Shown here: positions 30,166-40,133 of the stretch, in pieces
Layout: the number at the start of each line of letters is the position of its first letter
How positions within the stretch are numbered: the first letter of the stretch is position 1
Assembly (NCBI GenBank): GCA_036524915.1
Contig: DATDBI010000324.1
Span: forward strand, 9,676 to 73,675
Direction of reading: 5' to 3'
Source of the DNA: Lysobacter sp.
Lineage (GTDB): Bacteria > Pseudomonadota > Gammaproteobacteria > Xanthomonadales > Xanthomonadaceae
Length of the DNA stretch: 64,000 bases
Translations under genes and position numbers: made by a program
The notes under the pieces: generated by a model
Databases searched by the model: none
What the model saw: the letters and a program-made list of their open reading frames with translations, nothing else
What the model was told of the DNA's origin: nothing

Positions 30166-31583
30166 CACAACTTGTAGGCCTGCTTCGGCAAGCGGTAGGC
30201 GAGGTCGATCGCCAGTTCGGCCGCTTCGTCCTCGTCCATGCGGTGTTCGCTGACCAGCTTGGCAAGGAACGCGCAATCGACGCGGCGGGCGACATCGTGG
30301 CGCGCCGGGATCGAGAGGAAGGCGCGGGTGTCGTCGTTGAAGCCGACCGTGTTGTAGAAGCCGCCGCTGCTGAGCGTCTGCTCGCGGAAACGCCACATGC
30401 CTTCGGGTGCGTCATGGAACCACCACGCCGGACCGAGGAACAGCGCCGGATAGTGGCCCGCCAGCGGCGCCAGTTCGCGCGCGTAGGTGCTCTCGTCGAG
30501 GGTGAAGACGATCACGCGCAGGCGCGGATCGTTGCCGAAGCGGTCGAGCAACGGTTTGAGCGCGTTGACGTAGTCGGTGCGCATCGGCATGTCGGCGCCC
30601 TTGTCGCGGCCGAAGCGTTCGAACAGGCGTGCGTTGTGGTTGCGGAAGCAGCCCGGATGGATCTGCATCACCAGTCCGTCGTCCAGGCTCATCGCCGCCA
30701 TTTCGGTCAGCGCCTGGGCGCGGAACAGTTCCGCCTCGGCCGCGCTGGCGCCGCCGCGGGAGACCTTCTCGAACAGGCGGCGTGCTTCGTCGGCCGGCAG
30801 GTCGGCGGTGGCGGCGCTGGGGTGGCCGTGGTCGGTCGAGGTCGCGCCCATGGCGGCGAACGCGGCGCGGCGCTGGCGGTGGGCGCGCAGGTAGCCGTCC
30901 CAGGTGTAGACGTTCTCGCCGGTCATCTCGCCGAAACGCTCCAGCGAAGCAGCGAATTCCTCGTGCTCCGGGTCCACCACCGGGTCCGGGCGGTAGGCGG
31001 TGACGACCCGGCCGGGCCACCCACTGGCGCGTATCGCAGCGTGGTGCTGGAGCGGATCGAGCGGCGATTCGGTGGTTGCCAGCAACTCGATGCGGAAGCG
31101 GTCGAACAATGCGCGCGGGCGGAACTCCGGCTGCTGCAATGCCGCGGTGATGTGGTCGTAGTAGCGGTCGGCGCTGCCTGCATCCAGGCGCTCGCGCAGA
31201 CCGAACACCTCATGGAAGACGTGGTTGAGCCACATCGACGAAGGCGTGCCGCGAAAGAGGTGGACGTTGGACGCGAACAGGCGCCAGGCCGCGCGCGGAT
31301 CAACCGCCGAGCGTGATCCGTCGCGGCGCGGGATGCCGAGCGCGTCCAGATCGATGCCCTGGCTGTAGAGCATGCGGAACACGTAGTGATCCGGAACCAA
31401 CAGCAGGTCGGTGGCATTGGCGAACGGCGCGTTGTCGGCAAACCACGACGGGTCGGTATGGCCGTGCGGGCTGATGATCGGCAACTGCGCGATCTGGGCG
31501 TACAGCCGCCGCGCGATCGCGCGTGCCCCGGCCTGCGCGGGGAACAGTCGGTCCGGGTGCAGGTCCAGCGCTTTGGTGTTCAT
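30165..31583 (-). CDS. uxaC: glucuronate isomerase
   Basis: LPIISPHGH, PDHYVFRML, WWFHD and DDTRAFLSIPARHD motifs. Confidence 0.95.
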   Translation of the reverse strand: MNTKALDLHPDRLFPAQAGARAIARRLYAQIAQLPIISPHGHTDPSWFADNAPFANATDLLLVPDHYVFRMLYSQGIDLDALGIPRRDGSRSAVDPRAAWRLFASNVHLFRGTPSSMWLNHVFHEVFGLRERLDAGSADRYYDHITAALQQPEFRPRALFDRFRIELLATTESPLDPLQHHAAIRASGWPGRVVTAYRPDPVVDPEHEEFAASLERFGEMTGENVYTWDGYLRAHRQRRAAFAAMGATSTDHGHPSAATADLPADEARRLFEKVSRGGASAAEAELFRAQALTEMAAMSLDDGLVMQIHPGCFRNHNARLFERFGRDKGADMPMRTDYVNALKPLLDRFGNDPRLRVIVFTLDESTYARELAPLAGHYPALFLGPAWWFHDAPEGMWRFREQTLSSGGFYNTVGFNDDTRAFLSIPARHDVARRVDCAFLAKLVSEHRMDEDEAAELAIDLAYRLPKQAYKL

Positions 31584-31597
31584 GGTGCTTGCTCTCT

Positions 31598-32620
31598 TCA
31601 ATTCCCGGAAGCGGTAGTGGTTGCGGTGGACGGCCCGGTCACGCCGCGCACATGGCCGCGAAGCCATGCCATCGCCGGTCGTTCGCTGCCGTCCTTGCGC
31701 ACCAGGTAGGCCTTCTCCTTCGAGCGCCACATGCCAGGGCGGTAACCCCACAGCGTGATGCCCTTGACCCCCGGGTGTTCCCAGAACACCGGGAAGATCC
31801 GCTGGTAGTCCTTGAGCTGCTGCGCGTCGGTGGCACCGTCGATATCGAGTTCGGTCACGTAGATCGGCAGGCCGGTGGCGGCGAGGCGATCGAGGTTGGC
31901 GCGATGCACCGACATCGGCGTGTCGTTCTTCGTCGCGAAGGCATGGCCCTGCACGCCGATGCCGTCGAGCAGGTTGTCCTTGCGCAGCAGCGCGATGATC
32001 TCGAGGTAGCGACGGGTGTTCTCGTCCTTGTTGGTGATGTTGTAGTCGTTGATCAGCAGCTTCGCATGCGGGAAATTTCGCCGCGCGAGGCGATAGGACT
32101 CGACGATCCAATCCCAGCCGCTGGCGCCGCTGCCGCCAAGCGCGTTGATGTAGTTGCCGCCACCCTCGTCGTCCTTGTTCGGCGGATCGTTGAGCGCCTC
32201 GTTGACCACCTCGACGTAGTCCAGGTCCGGGTAGCGTTGCGCCACCGCCGCAAACCACTCCTCGATTTCCTCGCGCTGTTCGGCGGGCGGCAGCTTTTCG
32301 ATCCACTCCGGCTGCTGGTTGCCCCAGACCATCACGTGCATCTGGAACGGGAAGCCGTGGCGCTTTGCGAACTGGTAAGCCGCATCGAGGCCGCTCCAGT
32401 CCATCTTGTCGCGCACCGCTTCGACCGAGCCCCACTTGCCGGCGTTCTCCGGCGTGACCTTGTTCCAGTAGCCGGCGAAGCCGGGCAGCTGGGTCGGGCT
32501 GTGGACGCTGCCCAGGAACTTCTGCTGTCCGGCGGCGAGCGGCGCGCCCTGCGCGTGCAGCGCGAGTGGCGTGGCAACCAGCACGGCCAGGGCCAGCTTG
32601 ATCAATGGTGACGCGTTCAT
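31598..32620 (-). CDS. GH10 endo-1,4-beta-xylanase, secreted, single domain
   Basis: TPENAGKW, VVNEA (acid/base), INDYN, GVQGH and VTELD (nucleophile); signal peptide; GGAGGG RBS. Confidence 0.93.
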   Translation of the reverse strand: MNASPLIKLALAVLVATPLALHAQGAPLAAGQQKFLGSVHSPTQLPGFAGYWNKVTPENAGKWGSVEAVRDKMDWSGLDAAYQFAKRHGFPFQMHVMVWGNQQPEWIEKLPPAEQREEIEEWFAAVAQRYPDLDYVEVVNEALNDPPNKDDEGGGNYINALGGSGASGWDWIVESYRLARRNFPHAKLLINDYNITNKDENTRRYLEIIALLRKDNLLDGIGVQGHAFATKNDTPMSVHRANLDRLAATGLPIYVTELDIDGATDAQQLKDYQRIFPVFWEHPGVKGITLWGYRPGMWRSKEKAYLVRKDGSERPAMAWLRGHVRGVTGPSTATTTASGN

Positions 32621-32643
32621 CGTTCCCTCCCCGGTGATGAAAT

Positions 32644-33945
32644 TCATGCGGTCGTCGCATCCAGCTGCGCCGGTTCCAGGCGCGGCGCCAGCAGGTGCAC
32701 GACCAGCAGCGCGATCAGGTAGGCCGAACCGGCCATCAGGAACACCGGGACGTAGCTGCCGGTGGTCTGCAGCAGGAAGCCGGTGAAGGTCGCGATCATC
32801 ATCCCCCCAACTGCACCAGCGAACCCGCCGATACCGACCACGGACGCAACCGCGCGCCGCGGGAACATGTCGGATGTCAGCGTGAACACATTGGCCGACC
32901 AGCCCTGGTGACCGGCCGTGGCCAGGCCGATCAGGCCCACGGCCAGCCATAGGTTGTCGGCCTGCGCGGCGAACACGATCGGCACCACCGCCAGGCCGCA
33001 GATACCCATTGCGGTCTTGCGGGCGCGATTGACGCTCCAGCCCATCCTGATGAAACGCCCGGCGAGCCAGCCGCCGAAGATGCTGCCGACATCGGCCAGC
33101 ACGAAGATCACGATCAGCGGCAGCCCTAGGCCCAGCAGGGTCAGGCCGTACTCGGCGTGCAGGAATTTTGGCAGCCAGAACAGGAAGAACCACCAGATCG
33201 GGTCGGTGATGAACTTCGCAGCGACGAACGCCCACGCCTGACGATGGCGCAGGATGCGCGACCACGGCACGCGCACCGTCGGTTCCGGCGGGTCGCTGCG
33301 GATGTGGGCCAGTTCGGCCGCACTGAGTTTTGGCTGGTCTTCGGGCGTGCGATAGATCACCAGCCACGCCACCAGCCATGCCGCACTGAGCGCGCCGGTC
33401 ACCAGGAACGCCGCCTGCCAGCCCCAGGTAGCGGCCACTACCGGCACCATCATTGGCGCGACGATCGCGCCGATATTCGAGCCGGAATTGAAGATGCCCG
33501 TCGCCAGGGCGCGCTCCTTGCGCGGGAACCACTCAGCGACAGTCTTGATCGCGGCCGGGAAGTTGCCGGCCTCGCCGAAGCCGAGCACGAAGCGCGCGGC
33601 GGCAAAACCAATCACGCTGGCGGCAAGCGAATGGCTCATCGCCGCCAGGCTCCAGATGCTGATCGCGATCGCGTAGCCAACGCGGGTGCCGAGGCGGTCG
33701 ATGATCGCGCCGGCGCAGAGCAGGCCGATCGCATAGGCGGCCTGGAAGGCGGTGACGATGTAGCCGTACTGGATCTCGTTCCAGCCGATCTCGTCCTGCA
33801 GGAACGGCGCCAGCACGCCGAGCACCTGGCGGTCGATGTAATTGATGGTGGTCGCCAGCAGCAGCAGCGCGCAGATGCGCCAGCGGTACATGCCGACCTT
33901 CGTGGCCGGAGCCGCAGCCGATGTTTCAACAGACACGTCGCTCAT
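32644..33945 (-). CDS. exuT: ExuT-like hexuronate/aldouronate MFS transporter
   Basis: TINYIDRQ, EAGNFP, AEWFP..ERALATGIFNSG and TDPIWWFFLFWLP motifs. Confidence 0.85.
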   Translation of the reverse strand: MSDVSVETSAAAPATKVGMYRWRICALLLLATTINYIDRQVLGVLAPFLQDEIGWNEIQYGYIVTAFQAAYAIGLLCAGAIIDRLGTRVGYAIAISIWSLAAMSHSLAASVIGFAAARFVLGFGEAGNFPAAIKTVAEWFPRKERALATGIFNSGSNIGAIVAPMMVPVVAATWGWQAAFLVTGALSAAWLVAWLVIYRTPEDQPKLSAAELAHIRSDPPEPTVRVPWSRILRHRQAWAFVAAKFITDPIWWFFLFWLPKFLHAEYGLTLLGLGLPLIVIFVLADVGSIFGGWLAGRFIRMGWSVNRARKTAMGICGLAVVPIVFAAQADNLWLAVGLIGLATAGHQGWSANVFTLTSDMFPRRAVASVVGIGGFAGAVGGMMIATFTGFLLQTTGSYVPVFLMAGSAYLIALLVVHLLAPRLEPAQLDATTA

Positions 33946-34107
33946 GCTGCCCCCGCCACGACCGGAAGCGTCGCCCGGATCGACGCCAGTGTCGCAACGC
34001 CGCGATCGGTGGCCAGGAATTTGCTGCGGTGCAGCGAGAGATGTGCAGGTCGGACGGATGCAGTCATCGCGATTTTCCCTGCGTTTTCAGGCACAGGCCA
34101 AGCGGAG

Positions 34108-34121
34108 TGTTAGCGCTAGCA
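34108..34121. promoter_or_regulatory. XylR operator (exuT side)
   Basis: TGTTAGCGCTAGCA. Confidence 0.8.
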
Positions 34122-34279
34122 TTAGCACACGTAACGGGGCTCGGGCTACTGCTCTTAGACGGCGGTCACGAAAGCAAAATCGCAGGCCTGGCAGCACCTT
34201 GCGCGGACGCAAGGGCAGACAACAGCAGGGAATCGCGCCCGAAACAGCCAATGTTGCTATGCAGCGTGCGGGTCAAAAA

Positions 34280-34293
34280 TGGTAGCGCTACCA
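34280..34293. promoter_or_regulatory. XylR operator (TonB receptor side)
   Basis: Perfect palindrome TGGTAGCGCTACCA. Confidence 0.88.
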
Positions 34294-34421
34294 TCCGCCT
34301 CGATCGCATCAGACGGATTTGTCGCGTCAGCAGTGATGTAGCCAGAAAAAAAATCCAGCCAATCGTTGCGCCGCGACAGATTCGCGCGCAGCAGATTCAC
34401 CAGAAACGGGAGGGGAGTACG

Positions 34422-37400
34422 GTGCAAATCCATTTCGCAAGAACGGCCTTGTCGCGCGCTTTGGGCATGGCCCTGCTCGGCTTGGCCAGCAGTTCGGCGC
34501 TGGCACAGGCTCAGGAGCAGGCTCAGCAGCAGGCACAGACGCAACAGGCCCAGCCGACCCAGGTCGCGCAGGCAGACACCACCGCAGCAGCACCGGCACA
34601 GGCTCCGGTCAGTTCCGAAGATGCGGTCAACCTCGACCGCGTGGTCGCCACGGGCTTTCGCAAGAGCCTGGAATACTCGACCCAGGCCAAGCGCGATGCG
34701 GTCAACGTCACCGACACGGTGTTCGCCGAGGACATGGGCAAGTTCCCGGACCTCAACATCGCCGAATCGCTCAACCGCATCCCGGGCGTGCAGCTCACCC
34801 GCGACGTCAACGGCGAAGGTCTCAACATCGCCATCCGCGGCCTCGGCAGCAGCTTCACCAAGACCACGCTCAACGGTTCCTCGATCGCCACGGCCTCGAT
34901 CGGCCTCAACGCGCAGAACCAGAACCGCGAAGTCGATCTGAACCTCTTTCCGACCGAATTCTTCAACCAGCTGTCGGTCAGCAAGACGCCGCTGGCGAGC
35001 CAGCTCGAAGGCGGCGTGTCCGGCGTGGTGGACATGCGCAGCGTGCGTCCGTTCGACCGCCCCGGCTCGCATCTGACCTACCAGCTCCAGGCCGACTACA
35101 ACGAGACCAGCGAGAAATACAGCCCGCGCGGTTCGCTGATCGGCAGCTGGACCAATGAAGACAACACCTTCGGCGCACTCGTCGGCCTGTCGTCCGTGCA
35201 GGGCAAGATCGGCGTGGAAGGCTTCGAGAGCGTCGGCTGGACCAATCCCGGCCTGACCTACACCCAGTGCGGCCTGACGCCGCCTGCTGGCACTCCGGCG
35301 ACCAACCAGCCGGCCGCGTGCAATGCCGGTGGCGGCGGTAACTGGCGCATCCCCGACACGGTTCCCACCACTGCCGGAGCCGGTCTCACCCCCGGCACGG
35401 TGATCGACCGCAACTTCCTGCTAGCCAACAACCCGGGCCTGTCGATCGACCAGATCAGCGAAGCGCTGATCCCGCGCCTCGGCCGCCCGGTGCACATGTC
35501 CGGCGACCGCGACCGCGACGCCTTCGTAGGTTCGCTGGAATGGCGCCCGAACGACCAGGCGCACTTCTACCTCGACACGATGTACACCGAGGCGCACCGC
35601 ACCAACGAACGCATCGACATCAACCTGATCGGTCGCAACGGCAACATCATCCCGTTGAACATGCAGGTCGATGCCAACAACGTCGTTACCAGCGGCACGT
35701 TCACCAATGCCCAGTTCTTCCTGGAAGCACGCCCGTACATCGAGGACGTTAAGTTCTGGAACGTCAATCCGGGCGGGACGTTCTGGTTCTCCGATGACCT
35801 GAAGCTCGACTTCCAGGCCAACATGAGCCGCAGCTGGCTGTTCCGCGAATCGCCGACGGTGCTGGTCAACACGCCGTTCACGACGGTCCAATACAGCAAC
35901 TCCGGCGGCGACATCCCGACCTGGACCACGCCGCTGGATCTCAACGATCCCAACGCCGGTTGGACCTGGGCCGGTGGCCGCGTCAACATCAACAACGAGA
36001 AGCGCGTCGTCGAAACCCGCGGTGGCCGCGCCGACCTGCAGTTCGGCGAGGACAAGAGCAACATCCGCGTGGGTATCGCCTACGACGAGGCCGAGCGCCG
36101 CATCCAGGGCTTCGACAACAGTGCTGCCTGGGAAGACGCGGCCTGCCGCGGCCTCAATCCCGATGGCAGCGTGCCCAACCCGCGACCGGCCTGCGTCGGT
36201 GGTCCGCTGGCGGGCGTGCCGCAACCGAGCCTGGCGTCGTACCTGCGTCCGGGTCCGTTCGGTTTCGTCACCGTCGATTTCGACCGCTTCAAGAACGACA
36301 CCAACTACTACGCACTGCGTGACAACGCGCCGGAATCGGGTTCGGCCAACACGGCCGCAACCACTGGCGCGATCGATGAGCAGAACCTCGGCGCGTACAT
36401 CGAGGCCAACGGCGAGGCCGATGTCTGGAACCGTCCGCTGCGCATCAACGCCGGTGTCCGCTACGTCAGCACCGACCAGACCACCAGTGGCCCGGTCCAG
36501 ACCGGCACCACGCGTGTCTGGCGCTCGCTGAAGTCGAACTACGACGACATGCTGCCGTCGATGAACCTGGCCTGGGATGCCAGCGACAGTGTTGTCCTGC
36601 GCATGTCCGGTTCGCGCACGCTGACCCGCCCGAACCCGAGCGACATGCTGCCCAACACCAACTTCAGCGATCCGTCGGCGCAGCAGGCCACGCAGGGCAA
36701 TCCGGACCTGCAGCCGTACCTGTCGACCAACTTCGACATCGGTGGCGAGTGGTACACCGGCGCCGAGGGCTTCGTCGGTCTGACCTACTTCCGCAAGGAC
36801 ATCGAGGGCTTTACCGTCCTGGGCACGCGCACCATCCCATTCGCCGATCTTGGGGTCGCGTACGAGGACCTGAACCCGACACAGCAGGCCGCACTCAACC
36901 AGCGCGGTGGCCCGACCGCCGCCACGGTGCAGGTGCAGCAGCAGGTCAACGCCGATGGCACGCTGAAGATCGCCGGTTACGAAGCGATCTGGGTGCAGCC
37001 GCTCGACCGTCTGGTTGAAGGCCTGGGCTTCACCGCCAACTACACCAAGGTGGACCAGAGCTCGGAAGGCTCCGGCGTCCCGGCCGTGGCAGTGGGCGTG
37101 GCGCCGAACCTGTGGAACGCCACGGCCTACTGGGAGAACGACGTCGCCCAGGTCCGCCTGTCGTACACCTGGACCGACGACATCATCTCCTCCGGCGCCA
37201 ACCAGAACGGCATCCCGAATGCACGCCTGCTGACCGATTCGCGCGGCCAGCTCGACCTGTCGGCCAGCTACACCCTGGCCAACATCCGGTCGGAGCCGCA
37301 GATCACGCTCAATGTCATCAACATCACCAGCGAGCCGCTGCGCACCACGTTCGCCTACGACAACGCCGCCTACGAATACTACGAGCCGGGTTACACCGTG

Positions 37401-37427
37401 CTGCTGGGTGTTCGCGGCACGTTCTGA
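34422..37427 (+). CDS. TonB-dependent receptor (xylo-oligosaccharide uptake, XytB-like)
   Basis: GTG start after GGAGGGGAG; TonB-box-like LDRVVATG; plug motif FPDLNIAESLNRIPGV; C-terminal Phe. Confidence 0.93.
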   Translation: MQIHFARTALSRALGMALLGLASSSALAQAQEQAQQQAQTQQAQPTQVAQADTTAAAPAQAPVSSEDAVNLDRVVATGFRKSLEYSTQAKRDAVNVTDTVFAEDMGKFPDLNIAESLNRIPGVQLTRDVNGEGLNIAIRGLGSSFTKTTLNGSSIATASIGLNAQNQNREVDLNLFPTEFFNQLSVSKTPLASQLEGGVSGVVDMRSVRPFDRPGSHLTYQLQADYNETSEKYSPRGSLIGSWTNEDNTFGALVGLSSVQGKIGVEGFESVGWTNPGLTYTQCGLTPPAGTPATNQPAACNAGGGGNWRIPDTVPTTAGAGLTPGTVIDRNFLLANNPGLSIDQISEALIPRLGRPVHMSGDRDRDAFVGSLEWRPNDQAHFYLDTMYTEAHRTNERIDINLIGRNGNIIPLNMQVDANNVVTSGTFTNAQFFLEARPYIEDVKFWNVNPGGTFWFSDDLKLDFQANMSRSWLFRESPTVLVNTPFTTVQYSNSGGDIPTWTTPLDLNDPNAGWTWAGGRVNINNEKRVVETRGGRADLQFGEDKSNIRVGIAYDEAERRIQGFDNSAAWEDAACRGLNPDGSVPNPRPACVGGPLAGVPQPSLASYLRPGPFGFVTVDFDRFKNDTNYYALRDNAPESGSANTAATTGAIDEQNLGAYIEANGEADVWNRPLRINAGVRYVSTDQTTSGPVQTGTTRVWRSLKSNYDDMLPSMNLAWDASDSVVLRMSGSRTLTRPNPSDMLPNTNFSDPSAQQATQGNPDLQPYLSTNFDIGGEWYTGAEGFVGLTYFRKDIEGFTVLGTRTIPFADLGVAYEDLNPTQQAALNQRGGPTAATVQVQQQVNADGTLKIAGYEAIWVQPLDRLVEGLGFTANYTKVDQSSEGSGVPAVAVGVAPNLWNATAYWENDVAQVRLSYTWTDDIISSGANQNGIPNARLLTDSRGQLDLSASYTLANIRSEPQITLNVINITSEPLRTTFAYDNAAYEYYEPGYTVLLGVRGTF

Positions 37428-37442
37428 AGATGATGCAGTAAC

Positions 37443-37498
37443 CGGTGGGTAGCCACCGCGTGGCCCGCCCAGGTGCACCAGCACCGGGCGGGCCGCGC
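37443..37498 (+). terminator. tandem stem-loops 3' of the TonB receptor gene
   Basis: CGGTGG-gtag-CCACCG, then GCGTGGCCCGCCC..GGTGC-acca-GCACC.GGGCGGGCCGCGC. Confidence 0.55.
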
Positions 37499-37572
37499 CA
37501 TACTGGGGTCGCGCCACACCGGGGCCTGCACGCGATGCAGGACGCTTTTCCACCCTCATCAAGCAGTGGTCC

Positions 37573-39057
37573 ATGAACGGCACATCAGAAATTCTTTCCG
37601 TCAGGGAAAAGGTCGGCTACAGCCTCGGCGACCTGGCCGCCAACCTGATTTTCCAGACGCTTGTCGCCTTCCTGGCCTTCTTCTACACCGACGTCTACCG
37701 GATCCCGGCCGGCACGGCCGCGACGATCATCTTTATCGGCGGCATGCTCGGGGCGTTCGTGTTCACCCCGATCATCGGCTTCGCCGCCGATCGCACCAGC
37801 ACGCGCTGGGGCAAGTTCCGCCCGTGGATCCTGTGGACCGCGGTGCCGTTCGGTGTGTTCTCGATGCTGGCCTTCAGCACGCCGGACCTGGGCGAGCAGG
37901 GCAAGGTCGCCTATGCACTGGTTACCTATACGCTGCTGGTCATGATCTACGCCGCCAACAACCTGCCGTACTCCGCGCTCAGCGGGGTGCTCACCGGCAG
38001 CATGGCGCAGCGCAACAGCCTGTCGTCGTACCGCTTCGTGGCGGTGATGCTCGCCCAGTTCGTCATCCAGGTGCTGCTGTTGCCGCTGGTTCTGATTCTG
38101 GGCGGTGGTGACAAGGTCCGCGGTTTCCACAACACCATGATGCTGTTCGCCGTGGTTGGCACGGTCTTCTTCCTGATCACGTTCTTCACCACGCGCGAGC
38201 GCATCGTGGCCGCGCCGGAACACAAGTCCAGCGTGCGCCAGGACCTGGCCGACCTGGCCCGCAACCGTCCGTGGATGGTGATGCTGGCACTGACCATCCT
38301 GGTGTTCGTGACGCTGGCGCTCAAGGGCGGCTCGTACATCTACTACTTCCAGTACTACCTCGATCCGGCGGCGCTGGCGAAGTTCCTGGAAGACGTCGGT
38401 TTCAACCGTCTCATCGGTGGTCTCAACGCGGCGCTCACCGGCATCGGCCTGACCGAGTTCCAGTGGCCCAAGGATGCGCCGACGTCCGCCTACAGCATGT
38501 TCAATGCCGCCGGCATCATCGCGATGATCATCGGCATCGGTTTCTCCAAGCGCCTGGCCGACCGTTTCGGCAAGCGGGACGTGTTCGGAGGCGCGCTGTT
38601 CGTCTCCACCCTGTTCCTGCTGGCGTTCTTCTTTTATCCGCCGACGGCGGTCGCACTGGTGTTCGCCTCGCTGATCCTGCACGGCATCTTCTACGGCATC
38701 ACCATCCCGCTGCTGTGGGCGATGATCGCCGACGTCGCCGACTATTCGGAATGGCGGAACTACCGCCGCGCCACCGCGATCATCTTCTCGGCGATGCTGT
38801 GCGGCCTGAAGATCGGCCTGAGCGTCGGCGGTGCGCTGGTGGCGGGCCTGCTCGCCGTCTATGGCTACCAGGCCGGCGAGCCGGTGCAGTCGCCGCAGAC
38901 CATCGACGGTATCCGCCTGGCTGTCAGCATCTACTGCTCGATTCCGCTCCTGCTGTGCGTCGTGCTGTTGTTCCTGTATCAGATCAACAAGACGATGGAG
39001 TCGCGCATCGAACAGGAGCTGGGCACTCGCAGGCTGCAGGCCGGCACCGCTTCCTGA
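37573..39057 (+). CDS. GPH-family (xyloside:cation symporter) MFS transporter
   Basis: EKVGYSLGD, ADRTSTRWGKFRPW, NLPYSAL and MIADVADYSEW motifs. Confidence 0.88.
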   Translation: MNGTSEILSVREKVGYSLGDLAANLIFQTLVAFLAFFYTDVYRIPAGTAATIIFIGGMLGAFVFTPIIGFAADRTSTRWGKFRPWILWTAVPFGVFSMLAFSTPDLGEQGKVAYALVTYTLLVMIYAANNLPYSALSGVLTGSMAQRNSLSSYRFVAVMLAQFVIQVLLLPLVLILGGGDKVRGFHNTMMLFAVVGTVFFLITFFTTRERIVAAPEHKSSVRQDLADLARNRPWMVMLALTILVFVTLALKGGSYIYYFQYYLDPAALAKFLEDVGFNRLIGGLNAALTGIGLTEFQWPKDAPTSAYSMFNAAGIIAMIIGIGFSKRLADRFGKRDVFGGALFVSTLFLLAFFFYPPTAVALVFASLILHGIFYGITIPLLWAMIADVADYSEWRNYRRATAIIFSAMLCGLKIGLSVGGALVAGLLAVYGYQAGEPVQSPQTIDGIRLAVSIYCSIPLLLCVVLLFLYQINKTMESRIEQELGTRRLQAGTAS

Positions 39058-39100
39058 GCATCGCTCCACAGCGCCCCATCCCCACACACAGGCAACCGTC

Positions 39101-40117
39101 ATGGCCGACGAAACCGCGAACGAGGACCTGCAGGCGTTGGCCGCGAAGGCCATCTCCCAGCCGCTGGTCACGCACATCTACGCCGCCGACCCGTCGGCGC
39201 ATGTCTTCGACGGCAAGCTCTACATCTACCCGTCGCACGACATCGACGCCGGCCTACCGTTCGACGACGACGGCGGTCACTTCGGCATGGAGGATTACCA
39301 CGTACTGCGCATGGACTCGCGCGATGGCGAGGCCGTGGACTGCGGCGTGGCCCTGCACGTGAAGGACGTGCCGTGGGCGCAGCGGCAGATGTGGGCCCCC
39401 GATGCCGCCAGCAAGGACGGCCAGTACTACCTGTATTTCCCGGCCAAGCGCGCCGACGGCATCTTCCAGATCGGCGTGGCGGTGGGCGATCGTCCGGAAG
39501 GGCCGTTCGTGGCCGAGCCCGAAGCGATCCAGGGCAGCTACTCCATCGACCCGGCCGTGTTCGCCGACGACGATGGTGCGCACTACATGTACTTCGGCGG
39601 CATCTGGGGCGGGCAGCTGCAGAAGTACCGCGACAACGCCTACGGTGCCGCAAACGAAGAGCCAGCCGATGATGCGCCGGCGCTCGGTGCGCGTGTCGCT
39701 CGCATGTCTGGCGACATGACGCAGTTCGCCGAGGTGCCACGCGAGGTTCTGATTCTCGATGACGCCGGCCAGCCGTTGCGCGCGGCCGACCACGATCGCC
39801 GCTTCTTCGAGGCGTCGTGGATGCACAAGCACCAGGGCCGTTATTACTTTTCATACTCGACCGGCAACACGCACTTGCTGTGCTACGCGGTCGGCGACAA
39901 CCCGTACGGTCCTTTCACGTACCAGGGCGTGATCCTGACACCCGTGGTGGGCTGGACCACGCATCACTCCATCTGCGAATTCCAGGGCCGCACGTACCTG
40001 TTCTATCACGACTCCATCCTGTCGGGCGGCGTGACGCATCTGCGTTCCATCAAGGTCACCGAGCTCCATTACGACGACAAAGGCGCGATCAGGGTGCTCC
40101 ATCCCTATGGGGAGTGA
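39101..40117 (+). CDS. GH43 (subfamily 1-like) beta-xylosidase, cytoplasmic
   Basis: YAADPSAHVF, MWAPD, SIDP, RFFEA and GWTTHHS motifs; no signal peptide. Confidence 0.92.
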   Translation: MADETANEDLQALAAKAISQPLVTHIYAADPSAHVFDGKLYIYPSHDIDAGLPFDDDGGHFGMEDYHVLRMDSRDGEAVDCGVALHVKDVPWAQRQMWAPDAASKDGQYYLYFPAKRADGIFQIGVAVGDRPEGPFVAEPEAIQGSYSIDPAVFADDDGAHYMYFGGIWGGQLQKYRDNAYGAANEEPADDAPALGARVARMSGDMTQFAEVPREVLILDDAGQPLRAADHDRRFFEASWMHKHQGRYYFSYSTGNTHLLCYAVGDNPYGPFTYQGVILTPVVGWTTHHSICEFQGRTYLFYHDSILSGGVTHLRSIKVTELHYDDKGAIRVLHPYGE

Positions 40118-40133
40118 TCGGCGCGACGACGCG

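Noticed and set aside
26378-33532. Apparent large fusion ORFs (26378-28777, 27442-30396, 30165-32660, 31598-33532)
   Set aside because: The N-terminal extensions are out-of-frame reads of the upstream genes; real starts are at 27445, 30165, 31583 and 32620, supported by RBSs, overlaps or signal peptides.
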